DNA of 55,898 nt from Clostridia bacterium (GCA_045579195.1 JAZNLR010000065.1:1-55898), one strand, 5' to 3'; positions 45,423 to 53,961 are shown, numbered from the stretch's first letter. Translations and numbers: made by a program. The notes: generated by a model from the sequence alone, not told the origin.

Positions 45423-46952
45423 ATGGAAAAACTGTATAACGGAATTGTTTTGGAAGATGATTTTCGAGAAGAGCCATCTTTGCCGCAAAACGTTCCGTAT
45501 TTGAAAAATCCGCCGTCTGTCATCGACGTTACGGTTGGAAGACAGCTTTTTGTTGATGACTTTCTCGTGGAGCAAACGGACCTTGCTCCCGTTTACCACC
45601 GCGCAAAGAAGTACGAGGGGAATCCCATCTTAAAGCCCGAAAAACCGTGGGAAATCGAACAGTCTCCCACCGCGCGCCCCACCAGCGGTGGCGTCTGGTT
45701 TGACGAGGAAGAGAAGATCTTCAAAATGTGGTATGAAGGGGCTTTCCTTCACAATATGTGCTATGCGACCTCGAAGGACGGCATCCATTGGGATCGTCCG
45801 GATCTTGGCGACGGAACCAACAAGATCTTGCATTACGAGGGTTATGAGAATCGAAAGATGTGGGATGACATTGCGTACCTCCGCCCCGATTCCACTTCGG
45901 TCATCATTGATTACGAGGGGAAGAAAGAGGAACGCTATAAACTGTTCCTGCGTAACCCCGGCCCCCCGCATCCCGGCATCGTTGCGACCAGTGGAGACGG
46001 AATTCACTTTGAAAATTTCAAGTTCACACCCGAGGTCGGGGATCGCACAACGGCCTTTTACAACCCGTTCCGCAAGAAATGGGTCTATAGCATCCGCACC
46101 GAGCTTCGACCTTGGTCGGAAGGGTTCTTGCGCGGCAGATCATACCGTGAGTGCGATGACTTCTTGGAGGGCGCAACCTGGACGCCAGAAGAAGCACGCC
46201 ATTGGATGAGCGTGGACGAGTTGGACAAGCCTCATCCATATCTTGGTGTTGAGCCTCAGCTTTACAACGTGGACTGCATTGGATATGAGAGCATTATGCT
46301 CGGAATGTTCCAAATTTTTTATGGACCCGAAAACAACATTACGGACGGACTTGGCGTTCCTAAGATCACCGAGCTCATTCCGATGTACAGCAGGGACGGA
46401 TATCACTTCTCGCGTCCTTCCCGCAAGCCCATCATTAATGCATCTCTCTATGACGGCGCGTGGGACCGCGGATACGTGCAGAGCACGACGGGCGGTCTCA
46501 TCATCAACGGAGATGAGCTGATGCTCTATTACACCGCTACCGCAGGCGACGAGAATTATACATACCAGCATTATTCGACGAACGGAACGTACCGCAACGG
46601 TGCAACGGGAATTGCAACGTTGCGAAGAGACGGTTTCGTTTCGATGGAGGGAAAGGGAATCCTTCTCACAAGAACGCTGACGATGAATGGAAAAAGCTCG
46701 TTCTTTGTCAACGCCGTTGGGTCGGTGCGTGCAGAACTTCTCGACGAAGAGGGAACGCTTCTTGCGACGAGCACACGCTTCGAGGGAGACAGCACGAAGG
46801 CGGAGCTTTCGTTTGAGAACTTTGACGTTGCAACCCTGAACGGAAAGACCTTCCGCATCCGCTTCGACGTGGATGGCGCACTCTATGCGTTCGGATTTGC
46901 AGATGAGAATGGAGAATTTGGCGGAGCAAGAGCCGCAGGAATTGTAAAATAA
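45423..46952 (+). CDS. beta-propeller glycoside-hydrolase-like protein with a C-terminal beta-sandwich (GH43/GH130/GH32-clan-like, family not resolved)
   Basis: 509 aa. KYEGNPILKPEKPWE, FKMWYEG and ATSKDGIHWDRP resemble propeller glycosidase blades. The C-terminal LRRDGFVSMEG...FRIRFDVDGALYAFGF resembles the beta-sandwich appended to such enzymes. There is no signal peptide. Confidence 0.5.
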   Translation: MEKLYNGIVLEDDFREEPSLPQNVPYLKNPPSVIDVTVGRQLFVDDFLVEQTDLAPVYHRAKKYEGNPILKPEKPWEIEQSPTARPTSGGVWFDEEEKIFKMWYEGAFLHNMCYATSKDGIHWDRPDLGDGTNKILHYEGYENRKMWDDIAYLRPDSTSVIIDYEGKKEERYKLFLRNPGPPHPGIVATSGDGIHFENFKFTPEVGDRTTAFYNPFRKKWVYSIRTELRPWSEGFLRGRSYRECDDFLEGATWTPEEARHWMSVDELDKPHPYLGVEPQLYNVDCIGYESIMLGMFQIFYGPENNITDGLGVPKITELIPMYSRDGYHFSRPSRKPIINASLYDGAWDRGYVQSTTGGLIINGDELMLYYTATAGDENYTYQHYSTNGTYRNGATGIATLRRDGFVSMEGKGILLTRTLTMNGKSSFFVNAVGSVRAELLDEEGTLLATSTRFEGDSTKAELSFENFDVATLNGKTFRIRFDVDGALYAFGFADENGEFGGARAAGIVK

Positions 46953-46962
46953 GGAGAAAACC

Positions 46963-47361
46963 GTGATAAAAGACGATTGCGTTTTGACGCCAATGGCGGC
47001 AAAGCAACTCAATCCGCAAGTGCTTGCGTTCGTTGGCGACGCCGTGCACTCGCTGTACGTTCGAACGGAGCTCGTTCTCTCGTCGGACGCGAAGGCGGGG
47101 GTGCTTCACAAGCGTGCCGCGGCTGCAGTTCGCGCGGAGGCACAGTCTGAAAAGATCGGACGGCTTGAGAGCTTGCTCACCGAGGAAGAGGCTGAAATCT
47201 ACCGCCGCGGAAGAAATGCCAAGACGGTGAACACCGCAAAGAACGCAAGCGTCACGGAATACCACCGCGCAACCGGTTTTGAGGCGTTGATCGGATATCT
47301 TTACCTTACGGGACAGCGGGGAAGAATGGAATTGTTTTTGTCAGAAGACAAAGGAGAATGA
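46963..47361 (+). CDS. mrnC: Mini-ribonuclease 3
   Basis: GTG start after AAGGAGA. LAFVGDAVHSLYVRTELV and ...YHRATGFEALIGYLYL are RNase III-like signatures. Confidence 0.88.
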   Translation: MIKDDCVLTPMAAKQLNPQVLAFVGDAVHSLYVRTELVLSSDAKAGVLHKRAAAAVRAEAQSEKIGRLESLLTEEEAEIYRRGRNAKTVNTAKNASVTEYHRATGFEALIGYLYLTGQRGRMELFLSEDKGE

Positions 47362-47363
47362 GA

Positions 47364-48095
47364 ATGGGAAAGGTTTTGCCAAAAGTTGAATTGTTGCGTT
47401 ATACGCCAAATCCGGATAAGACGGTTGCGCTCGGCGCAAAGCTGTGTTATTCAAATGCGGACATCGGTGCACTCAAAGAGGATCTTGATGAGAAGGATGT
47501 TTCAAAGTTTATTGATCGCTTGATCTCGCTGGGACATTTCTCTCCCATTGAACACGTGTCGTTCACATTTGGCATCGAAGGCGTTTCCCGTGCGCTTCTT
47601 GCGCAGATCACGCGCCACCGCATCGCGAGCTTCTCCGTGCAGTCTCAAAGATACGTTTCCGCAGCGGACAATTTCAACTATATTATTCCGCCGGCAATTT
47701 CAGCGCTTGGCGCGGAATACGAGGAAAAATTTATCGCACAGATGGAGCAGACCGCCGCTTGGTATAAGGAGTGGCAGGAGCTTTTGGGGAATCAGGGGGA
47801 GAAGTCGAATGAAGACGCGCGCTTCGTTCTTCCAAATGCTTCCGAAACCAAGATCGTGATGACCATGAACGCGCGTGAGCTGATGCACTTCTTTGCGCTC
47901 CGCTGTTGCAACCGCGCGCAGTGGGAAATCCGCGAAGTCGCTTGGATGATGCTGGAGAAGGTCAAAGAAGTTTGCCCTGCGCTGTTTAAGAAAGCTGGCC
48001 CGTCCTGTGTGTCGGGGGCGTGCAGTGAGGGAAAGATGTCGTGCGGACGCGTTGCAGAGATGCGCGCGCGTTCTGAAGCGTTGAATCAGAAGTAA
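47364..48095 (+). CDS. thyX: FAD-dependent thymidylate synthase ThyX
   Basis: ThyX motif ITRHRIASFSVQSQRY. ATG 47364 has better spacing to GGAGA than ATG 47358, which overlaps the mrnC stop. Confidence 0.93.
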   Translation: MGKVLPKVELLRYTPNPDKTVALGAKLCYSNADIGALKEDLDEKDVSKFIDRLISLGHFSPIEHVSFTFGIEGVSRALLAQITRHRIASFSVQSQRYVSAADNFNYIIPPAISALGAEYEEKFIAQMEQTAAWYKEWQELLGNQGEKSNEDARFVLPNASETKIVMTMNARELMHFFALRCCNRAQWEIREVAWMMLEKVKEVCPALFKKAGPSCVSGACSEGKMSCGRVAEMRARSEALNQK

Positions 48096-48110
48096 AATAA
48101 AGAGGAAACT

Positions 48111-48830
48111 ATGAAAATCGAAGGAAGAAATCCGCTCATGGAAGCTTTGAAGAGCGGAAGAACGATCGATCGCGTGATTGTCGCAAAGGGAAATATGGAT
48201 GGCTCTGCTCGCAAGCTTATGGCGATGCTTCGTGACGCAAAGATCAAAACGCAGGTTGTTGACCGCTCCATCCTCGACAAGGAGAGCGAAGCGGGAAGAC
48301 ATCAGGGCTTCATCGCATTCGTCACGGATTATCGCTATGCAACCGTGGATGACATCTTGGAAGTTGCGCGTGAAAGAGAGCAGGATCCGTTCTTGATGAT
48401 TCTTGACGGCGTGGAAGACCCCCACAATTTGGGAAGTATCATTCGAACTGCAGAGTGCCTCGGCGTGCACGGAATCATCATTCCGAAGCACCGCGCAGTT
48501 TCCGTGAATGACACCGTAATGCGCGTTGCACAAGGCGCTGCGGAGTATGTCAAGATCGCGCGCGTGACCAACATCAATCAGGAGATTGAAAAGCTCAAAA
48601 AGGAAAACATCTGGGTCATCGGCGCGGATGCAGCCGGAGAGGATATCCGCAAGGCGAACCTCACGGGTGCGGTTGCATTGGTCGTTGGCGGCGAAGACAC
48701 GGGAATCACTCCGCTCACGCGTAAGCTGTGTGACTTGGTGGTGTCTATCCCGATGGTTGGGAAGATCAATTCGCTGAACGCATCGGTTGCGGCGGCGGTG
48801 TGTGCTTTTGAAATCGCAAAGACGCGTTAA
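48111..48830 (+). CDS. rlmB: 23S rRNA (guanosine-2'-O)-methyltransferase RlmB (SpoU/TrmH family)
   Basis: 239 aa: MKIEGRNPLMEALKSGRTIDRV (substrate-binding domain), DGVEDPHNLGSIIRTAE, SLNASVAAAV. Confidence 0.9.
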   Translation: MKIEGRNPLMEALKSGRTIDRVIVAKGNMDGSARKLMAMLRDAKIKTQVVDRSILDKESEAGRHQGFIAFVTDYRYATVDDILEVAREREQDPFLMILDGVEDPHNLGSIIRTAECLGVHGIIIPKHRAVSVNDTVMRVAQGAAEYVKIARVTNINQEIEKLKKENIWVIGADAAGEDIRKANLTGAVALVVGGEDTGITPLTRKLCDLVVSIPMVGKINSLNASVAAAVCAFEIAKTR

Positions 48831-48842
48831 ACAAGAGAGAAG

Positions 48843-49430
48843 ATGACGAACGGAACGGATGAACAATTGGTTGCATTGGCAAAAGGTGGGGATGCGGACG
48901 CAAGCGAAGAGCTGATCGTTCGTTATAAGCCCTTTGTCTTTGCGCGCGCCCGTTCGTACTTTTTGCTGGGCGGTGAGCTTGATGACCTCGTCAGTGAGGG
49001 AATGATCGGCCTCTATAAGGCGATCCTTGGGTACAACGAAGAGAAGGGTACGCGGTTTTCCACGTTTGCGTTTCTCTGCATCTCAAGGCAGCTCAAAAGC
49101 GCGGTCAAGTCCGCTTTGCGCGAGAAACACAAACCCTTGAATGGATCACTTCCGTTTGAAACGCTCACGAAGCAGATCGAAGAGAGTGTCAATGCGCGCG
49201 GCGCTCAGCAGGATGCAAACCCCGAGGAGATGCTCATCAATCAAGAGGAAGTGGAGCGTTTCCGTGAGAGCATTTCCCATCGGCTCAGCAAATTTGAACA
49301 AAAGGTCCTCAAGCTCTATCTTGAGGGATATGGATATCAGGAGATCGCAAACGCACTCGGGTGCACCGTCAAGTCGGCGGACAATGCGCTCTCAAGAGTC
49401 AGAAAGAAGATTTCGGATTGGAAGGAGTGA
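48843..49430 (+). CDS. sigH: RNA polymerase sporulation sigma factor SigH
   Basis: 195 aa: LVALAKGGDADASEELIVRYKPFVFARARSYFLLGGELDDLVSEGMIGLYKAI..FSTFAFLCISRQ. Position after rlmB matches Bacillus and Clostridium. Confidence 0.88.
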   Translation: MTNGTDEQLVALAKGGDADASEELIVRYKPFVFARARSYFLLGGELDDLVSEGMIGLYKAILGYNEEKGTRFSTFAFLCISRQLKSAVKSALREKHKPLNGSLPFETLTKQIEESVNARGAQQDANPEEMLINQEEVERFRESISHRLSKFEQKVLKLYLEGYGYQEIANALGCTVKSADNALSRVRKKISDWKE

Positions 49431-49435
49431 TCAGC

Positions 49436-51007
49436 ATGGCGTATTTGGCATTGTACCGGAGGTTTCGCCCCGACACATTTGATAAGGTGATCGGTCAGGA
49501 AGCAATCATCCGCACGCTTGCAAATCAAATCGAACAGAATCGCATTGGGCATGCATATCTCTTCTGCGGAACGCGCGGAACGGGAAAGACGTCCATTGCA
49601 AAGATCTTTGCAAAGGCGGTCAACTGTGAGCATCCCGTCAACGGATCGCCCTGCAATGAGTGCGCGACCTGCAAGAGCTTCTCCGATGCGGCGAATATGG
49701 ACATCGTGGAGATCGATGCGGCGTCTAACAACGGCGTTGACGACATTCGCAATATCCGAGAAAAAGTGCAGTATACCCCCGTTTCGGGAAAGTATAAAGT
49801 CTACATTGTGGACGAGGTTCACATGCTCTCCATTCCGGCCTTTAACGCTTTGTTGAAGACCTTGGAAGAGCCTCCGAAGCACGCAATTTTCATCCTCGCA
49901 ACGACCGAGGTCCACAAACTGCCTGCGACCATTTTGTCGCGCTGTATGCGGTTTGACTTCCGCCTCGTTTCTGCGGAAAAGATCACGGCTCTTTTGGAAG
50001 GCATCTTCCGTGAGATCGGGAAGGATTTTGAAACGCCTGCGCTCCGTGCGATTGCAACGGCGGCGGAAGGAAGTGTGCGTGACGCACTTTCGATCGCGGA
50101 CATCTGTGTCTCTTATGCAGATCGTGCTCTGACGTATGACGACGTGATGGACATCCTCGGCGCTTCGGACGCGAGCAAGGTGGAAGGGCTGGTTCTTTCT
50201 ATGTTGACGAAGGATGCAGGCGCTGTTTTGGAAACCATTCACGAGCTGGAGACCGCAGGAAAGGGAATGGGGCTTTTGGCAAAGGACGTTCTTGCGTGCC
50301 TTCGCAAAATTGCCGTCATCCATTCTTCCCCGAAAGCGGATGCTATTTTGGGGATCCCCCAAGAGGTGTTTGCGCGGTTGAAAAACATCGCAGATAAGAC
50401 GGAGAAGGAGACCGTGTTCTATGCGATGGACGTCTTCTCCGAATTGGATGCAAACTTGAGATACAGCATTCAGCCCCGCGTTCTGTTGGAAGCGGCAGCA
50501 TTGAAGTGTGCCAACCCGAAAAACGATGCCTCCTTGTCAGGACTCTTCAGAAGGGTTACCGAGCTTGAAAAGATGATTCGGGAAGGAGTTCCGACGGTTG
50601 TGGCGGCAACAGTCGCTCCCACTTTGGAAGTGAAGAAAGAAGAAACTGCTCCCATTGAGGAACGTATCCAAGAAGCGCCAAAGAGCGTTCGCTCGGATGC
50701 GCGCGATGCAGACGTCGTTTGGGGAAAGGTCATCCGAATGCTTCGCGAATCGCAGAGTATGCTCCTTTGGGCGCAGTGTAAGAAGATGGAAGTTCGCATC
50801 GAAGGGAATGAACTCATTTTGCGGATGCCCGAAAATGAGAGAAAGAGCTTTGTGGAAAAGCAAAAGACGAAAGTGATTGCCGACCTCGTTCGAGAGGATG
50901 GGTTGACGGTCGTCGTAGAAGGCGTTCCCCGGTCGAACGTTCAGAACGACGTCGTTGCAGAGGTGAAAAACCTCGTCGGAGAAGAAAATTTAAAAATTGA
51001 CGAATAA
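49436..51007 (+). CDS. dnaX: DNA polymerase III subunits gamma/tau
   Basis: ATG 49436 (MAYLALYRRFRPDTFDKVIGQE). GTRGTGKTS, zinc module CNECATC, KVYIVDEVHMLS and SRC arginine-finger context. Confidence 0.96.
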   Translation: MAYLALYRRFRPDTFDKVIGQEAIIRTLANQIEQNRIGHAYLFCGTRGTGKTSIAKIFAKAVNCEHPVNGSPCNECATCKSFSDAANMDIVEIDAASNNGVDDIRNIREKVQYTPVSGKYKVYIVDEVHMLSIPAFNALLKTLEEPPKHAIFILATTEVHKLPATILSRCMRFDFRLVSAEKITALLEGIFREIGKDFETPALRAIATAAEGSVRDALSIADICVSYADRALTYDDVMDILGASDASKVEGLVLSMLTKDAGAVLETIHELETAGKGMGLLAKDVLACLRKIAVIHSSPKADAILGIPQEVFARLKNIADKTEKETVFYAMDVFSELDANLRYSIQPRVLLEAAALKCANPKNDASLSGLFRRVTELEKMIREGVPTVVAATVAPTLEVKKEETAPIEERIQEAPKSVRSDARDADVVWGKVIRMLRESQSMLLWAQCKKMEVRIEGNELILRMPENERKSFVEKQKTKVIADLVREDGLTVVVEGVPRSNVQNDVVAEVKNLVGEENLKIDE

Positions 51008-51022
51008 TGGGAGGAACAGACA

Positions 51023-51376
51023 ATGGCAAGAGGCGGAAGATTTAACGGATACGGCGGAATGGGCGGTATGGGAGGCGGCAACCTCCAGAACCTCATGAAA
51101 CAGGCACAGAAGATGCAGGAAGAGATGACGCGCGCTCAGGAAGAGCTCGAAGAAGCTGAAATCGTTGGGAAGGCAGGCGGCGGACTCGTCACTGTGACCG
51201 TCAACGGAAAGAAGGAACTTCAGGCGTTGCACATTGCACCCGAAGCAGTTGATCCCGATGACATTGAAATGTTGGAAGACCTCATCTTGGCGGCTTACGG
51301 CGATGCAACTTCTCAGGCGGAAGAGCTCGCGGAAGAAAAACTCGGCGCATACGGAAATCTTGGAGGAATGCTGTAA
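51023..51376 (+). CDS. ybaB: YbaB/EbfC family nucleoid-associated protein
   Basis: 117 aa: ...[47 protein letters not shown]. Confidence 0.93.
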   Translation: MARGGRFNGYGGMGGMGGGNLQNLMKQAQKMQEEMTRAQEELEEAEIVGKAGGGLVTVTVNGKKELQALHIAPEAVDPDDIEMLEDLILAAYGDATSQAEELAEEKLGAYGNLGGML

Positions 51377-51378
51377 AA

Positions 51379-51969
51379 ATGGATCTCTTTGTCGAGCCCA
51401 TCGCAAAACTGATCAATGAGTTTTCCAAGCTCCCAGGCGTGGGGCGTCGCTCTGCTCAGCGCTATGCTTATCACGTGATCGCGATGAGCGATGCGGAAGC
51501 GGAGACGTTTGCCAAGGCGATTTTGGAAGTGAAGGAAAAAATTCACTATTGCTCGGTGTGCGGCAACTTTACGGACGTTGACCCTTGTCCCGTCTGCGCG
51601 GGAAGAAAGTCTTCGCAGATCTGCGTGGTCAAAGAGCCGAAGGACGTGACCGCGCTTGAAAAGGCGCAGACGTACCGCGGGACTTATCACGTTCTGCATG
51701 GAACGCTCAATCCAATGGAAGGGATCGGCCCGGAGGATATCCGCATCCGTGAACTCCTTGCCCGTGTGAATCAAGGCGGAGTGGATGAGGTCATTTTGGC
51801 GCTCGCCGCAGACGTCGAAGGGGATGCAACTTCGATGTACCTTGCGCGCCTTTTGAAACCCTTTGTCAAAGTCACGCGCATCGCACGCGGAATCCCGAAC
51901 GGCTCTGAGCTGGAGTATGCCGACGAAGTGACGCTCTCGCGCGCCATGGAAGACAGAAGAGAACTTTGA
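51379..51969 (+). CDS. recR: recombination protein RecR
   Basis: 196 aa with HhH (LPGVGRRSAQRYAYHV), zinc finger CSVCGNFTDVDPCPVC and a Toprim domain. Confidence 0.96.
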   Translation: MDLFVEPIAKLINEFSKLPGVGRRSAQRYAYHVIAMSDAEAETFAKAILEVKEKIHYCSVCGNFTDVDPCPVCAGRKSSQICVVKEPKDVTALEKAQTYRGTYHVLHGTLNPMEGIGPEDIRIRELLARVNQGGVDEVILALAADVEGDATSMYLARLLKPFVKVTRIARGIPNGSELEYADEVTLSRAMEDRREL

Positions 51970-51970
51970 G

Positions 51971-51996
51971 CTTAAAAGAGCGCGGAAATTCCCGCG
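51971..51996 (-). terminator. possible bofA terminator overlapping its own last codons
   Basis: On the minus strand: CGCGG-gaattt-CCGCG followed by cucuuuuaa. The 5-bp GC stem at 51981-51996 includes the bofA stop. Confidence 0.35.
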
Positions 51997-52226
51997 ATGA
52001 GAACGAGCCCGATCGGCCCGAGCAGACCGACGAGGATTCCGTTCGTGAAGTTGATCGGAAGAAAGGGGAACCCCACGACGTTCAATAAAAAGAAGCCCAC
52101 CCCGGAAAGAAAGTTCCCGAGGAAGACGAGCGCAAGCTTCGCCGTCGAAAATCGAAGGAGAAACGCGGTCGTTAAGGCGAGCGCAAAACCGAGGAAAAAG
52201 GCAATGAAAACAAAGATCATCTGCAT
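51972..52226 (-). CDS. bofA: pro-sigma-K processing inhibitor BofA family protein
   Basis: 84-aa two-TM protein. GNFLSGVGFFLLNVVGFPFLPINFTNGILVGLLGPIGLVLI fits the BofA pattern (N..G....N..G....IN..T....G.LG.PG). The neighbourhood after recR matches B. subtilis. The SD is weak. Confidence 0.7.
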   Translation of the reverse strand: MQMIFVFIAFFLGFALALTTAFLLRFSTAKLALVFLGNFLSGVGFFLLNVVGFPFLPINFTNGILVGLLGPIGLVLIAGISALF

Positions 52227-52240
52227 GGTCTATCTTTACG

Positions 52241-52272
52241 AAAAAGCCGCCTTGTTTATACGGCTTTTTTCT
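52241..52272 (+). terminator. hairpin with an A-run and a T-run just beyond bofA (candidate terminator for recR read-through)
   Basis: aaaaaGCCGccttgtttataCGGCttttttctttttttt. The 5-bp core is extendable by A-U pairs. Confidence 0.4.
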
Positions 52273-52369
52273 TTTTTTTATTCCTTCGAGAAAAAGGCAA
52301 AATCGTCACAAAAAGAATAAAAAAGTCTGTCCACTTTTGTGCGCACGGTGGTATAATAAACTTAAGTTC

Positions 52370-52650
52370 ATGACAGCTTTTCGGTCCTGCTCGTGCGCGA
52401 GTGGGTTAATAGGGAAGACGGGTGAAAATCCCGCACAGCCCTCTGCTACTGTAAGGCGGTTGTCTTTGTCTGCTAGATGCCACTGAATTCGTTTGGGAAG
52501 GCGGCGGACGAAAGTACTGTCGAAGTCAGGAGACCTGCCGGAAATGCGAGTTCGTTTTCCCATTCTCGGAGGGAGAAGTGGTGGAAGGCAGGTTGGCTTT
52601 ATCGCGCAAGGCCGTTTTTGCCGTTCCTTCACGGGGGAACGGCTTTTTTG
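52370..52650 (+). promoter_or_regulatory. cobalamin (B12) riboswitch with a terminator expression platform
   Basis: Core is GGGTTAATAGGGAAGACGGGTGAAAATCCCGCACAGCCC..GCTACTGTAAG. GCCACTG and GGGAAGGCG are present. The B12 box AGTCAGGAGACCTGCC is at 52524-52539. The terminator is GCCGTTCC-ttcacggg-GGAACGGC followed by tttttt (52620-52649). An extended -10 TGgTATAAT lies at 52349-52357. Confidence 0.9.
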
Positions 52651-52687
52651 TTGGAACAAAAACAAAAATGAAGGAGAAGTCAAACAA

Positions 52688-53095
52688 ATGAACAACAAGA
52701 AAAAACTCGTGATCGCAGTTTCCGTCATCGTTTTGGTGGCGCTCATTGCGGTTCTATACTTTGCAGTTCTCGCCCCCAAGGCGCAGGAGGGAACGAAGGC
52801 AATCACGCTTGAGATCGTTGCCGACGGAGAGACAAAAACTATTTCCGCAAAGACGGATGCAGCATTTTTGGAAAATCTCCTTGTGGAACTTCAGGAAAAA
52901 GGAAAGCTCACGGTGGATCTTCCTGAGAGCACGTACGGCAAGTTTATCAATGCCGTGAACGGCCGCGTTGCGGATGCCGACAAGTTTGAGTACTGGGCGG
53001 TTTACGTCAACGGGGAGTACGGTCAGAACGGCGTTTCCACCGAGCCTGTTGTAGACGGCACAACGTACCGTTTGGTTTTGGAAACCTGGGCATAA
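52688..53095 (+). CDS. DUF4430 domain protein (transcobalamin-like beta domain) with an N-terminal membrane anchor
   Basis: ATG 52688. The ORF-track start at 52493 lies inside the riboswitch. TM anchor, then ...TLEIVADGETKTI...FINAVNG...YWAVYVNGEYGQNGVSTEPVVDGTTYRLV fits the DUF4430 pattern. Confidence 0.8.
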   Translation: MNNKKKLVIAVSVIVLVALIAVLYFAVLAPKAQEGTKAITLEIVADGETKTISAKTDAAFLENLLVELQEKGKLTVDLPESTYGKFINAVNGRVADADKFEYWAVYVNGEYGQNGVSTEPVVDGTTYRLVLETWA

Positions 53096-53105
53096 GGAGA
53101 ACGTG

Positions 53106-53663
53106 ATGTTTCAAGGAAGAGAGTTAACGAAGAATATCGCCGTGATTGCTGTGATGTCGGCGCTTTTGGTCGCGGGAAAGTTTGCCCTTTCCTGGGTGCC
53201 AAACGTCGAGATCGTCACGCCGTTGATCATCTTGTTCTCGGTCGTGTTCGGTTTCCGTCGCAGCATCTTTGCGGTGGTGATCTTTTGCTTGCTCGACAAC
53301 ATTCTTTATCCTCCGAGCTATGTCGTCGCCATACAGTACTTCTTTCACTGGCCGCTTCTTTGCGTTTTGGCAAATTTGATCAAGAAGTTCGGGGAGGAAA
53401 ACGAAATCCTGTTCGTCGCGTTGGCGGCGTTGATGGCGATTTTGTTTTGGTTGGAAACGCCCGTTCTCAACGCGGTGTTCCAAATTTCGCCGTTCTTGCC
53501 GACGTTGGTTTCGGGAATCCCGTTTATGCTTCCGATGTTGCTCTCGAACGTTCTCGTGGTGCTGTTTGTGTTCAAACCAGCAAAGAGGGCGCTTGTTCAC
53601 ATCTATTCGCGGCTTTTTCCGCAAACGAACGAAGAGATTTGCGAAGAGAAGACGGACGCCTAA
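53106..53663 (+). CDS. ECF transporter S component (candidate cobalamin-specific, CbrT-like)
   Basis: 185-aa hydrophobic protein with about 6 TM helices. ATG 53106 is 5 nt after GGAGA. It is co-transcribed behind a B12 riboswitch. The specificity is inferred from context only. Confidence 0.6.
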   Translation: MFQGRELTKNIAVIAVMSALLVAGKFALSWVPNVEIVTPLIILFSVVFGFRRSIFAVVIFCLLDNILYPPSYVVAIQYFFHWPLLCVLANLIKKFGEENEILFVALAALMAILFWLETPVLNAVFQISPFLPTLVSGIPFMLPMLLSNVLVVLFVFKPAKRALVHIYSRLFPQTNEEICEEKTDA

Positions 53664-53680
53664 AGACGTTCTTGTTTTGC

Positions 53681-53709
53681 TTGACAGAGTTTTGAAAATG
53701 GGATATAAT
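53681..53709 (+). promoter_or_regulatory. consensus sigma-A promoter of the proS leader
   Basis: TTGACA (53681-53686), 17-nt spacer, TATAAT (53704-53709). Confidence 0.8.
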
Positions 53710-53715
53710 ATGCCG

Positions 53716-53941
53716 TGAAAAGCGAGATGAGCTTGAAATAGTACGCGCTTTGGACGTTTGCGGCAAAGAGAGATTCCCATTTGGTGCGAGGGAATGTGCG
53801 CGAAGTCCCGCAGAACCCACTCGAGCCAAGCTGCCGCAAGGTGACAATTGCGGTCGGATCGTCCCCGTTAAAGGATAAGATGAGTTTGTCAATGGTGGTA
53901 TGGTAGAGACCTTGGCGTGTTTTGCGCTAAGGTCTTTTTTT
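53716..53941 (+). promoter_or_regulatory. T-box riboswitch leader, proline specifier
   Basis: Stem I runs GCGGCA(53759)...TGCCGC(53837) with AGAGAG and TGGTGCGAG motifs. The candidate specifier is gaaCCCa at 53816-53818. The T-box sequence AATGGTGGTAtGGTAG is at about 53891-53906. The terminator is AGACCTTGGCG-tgtttt-CGCTAAGGTCT followed by ttttttt (53907-53941). Confidence 0.85.
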
Positions 53942-53961
53942 ATTTCCTAAAGGAGAAGAAT

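Noticed and set aside
49436-51007. Programmed -1 frameshift or slippage in dnaX (gamma/tau)
   Set aside because: I found no A AAA AAG-type slippery heptamer or downstream hairpin in the gene. A single tau-length product is assumed.
52306-52806. 166-aa minus-strand ORF, and the + strand ORF start at 52493
   Set aside because: Both overlap the cobalamin riboswitch. The real downstream CDS starts at ATG 52688, after the riboswitch terminator.
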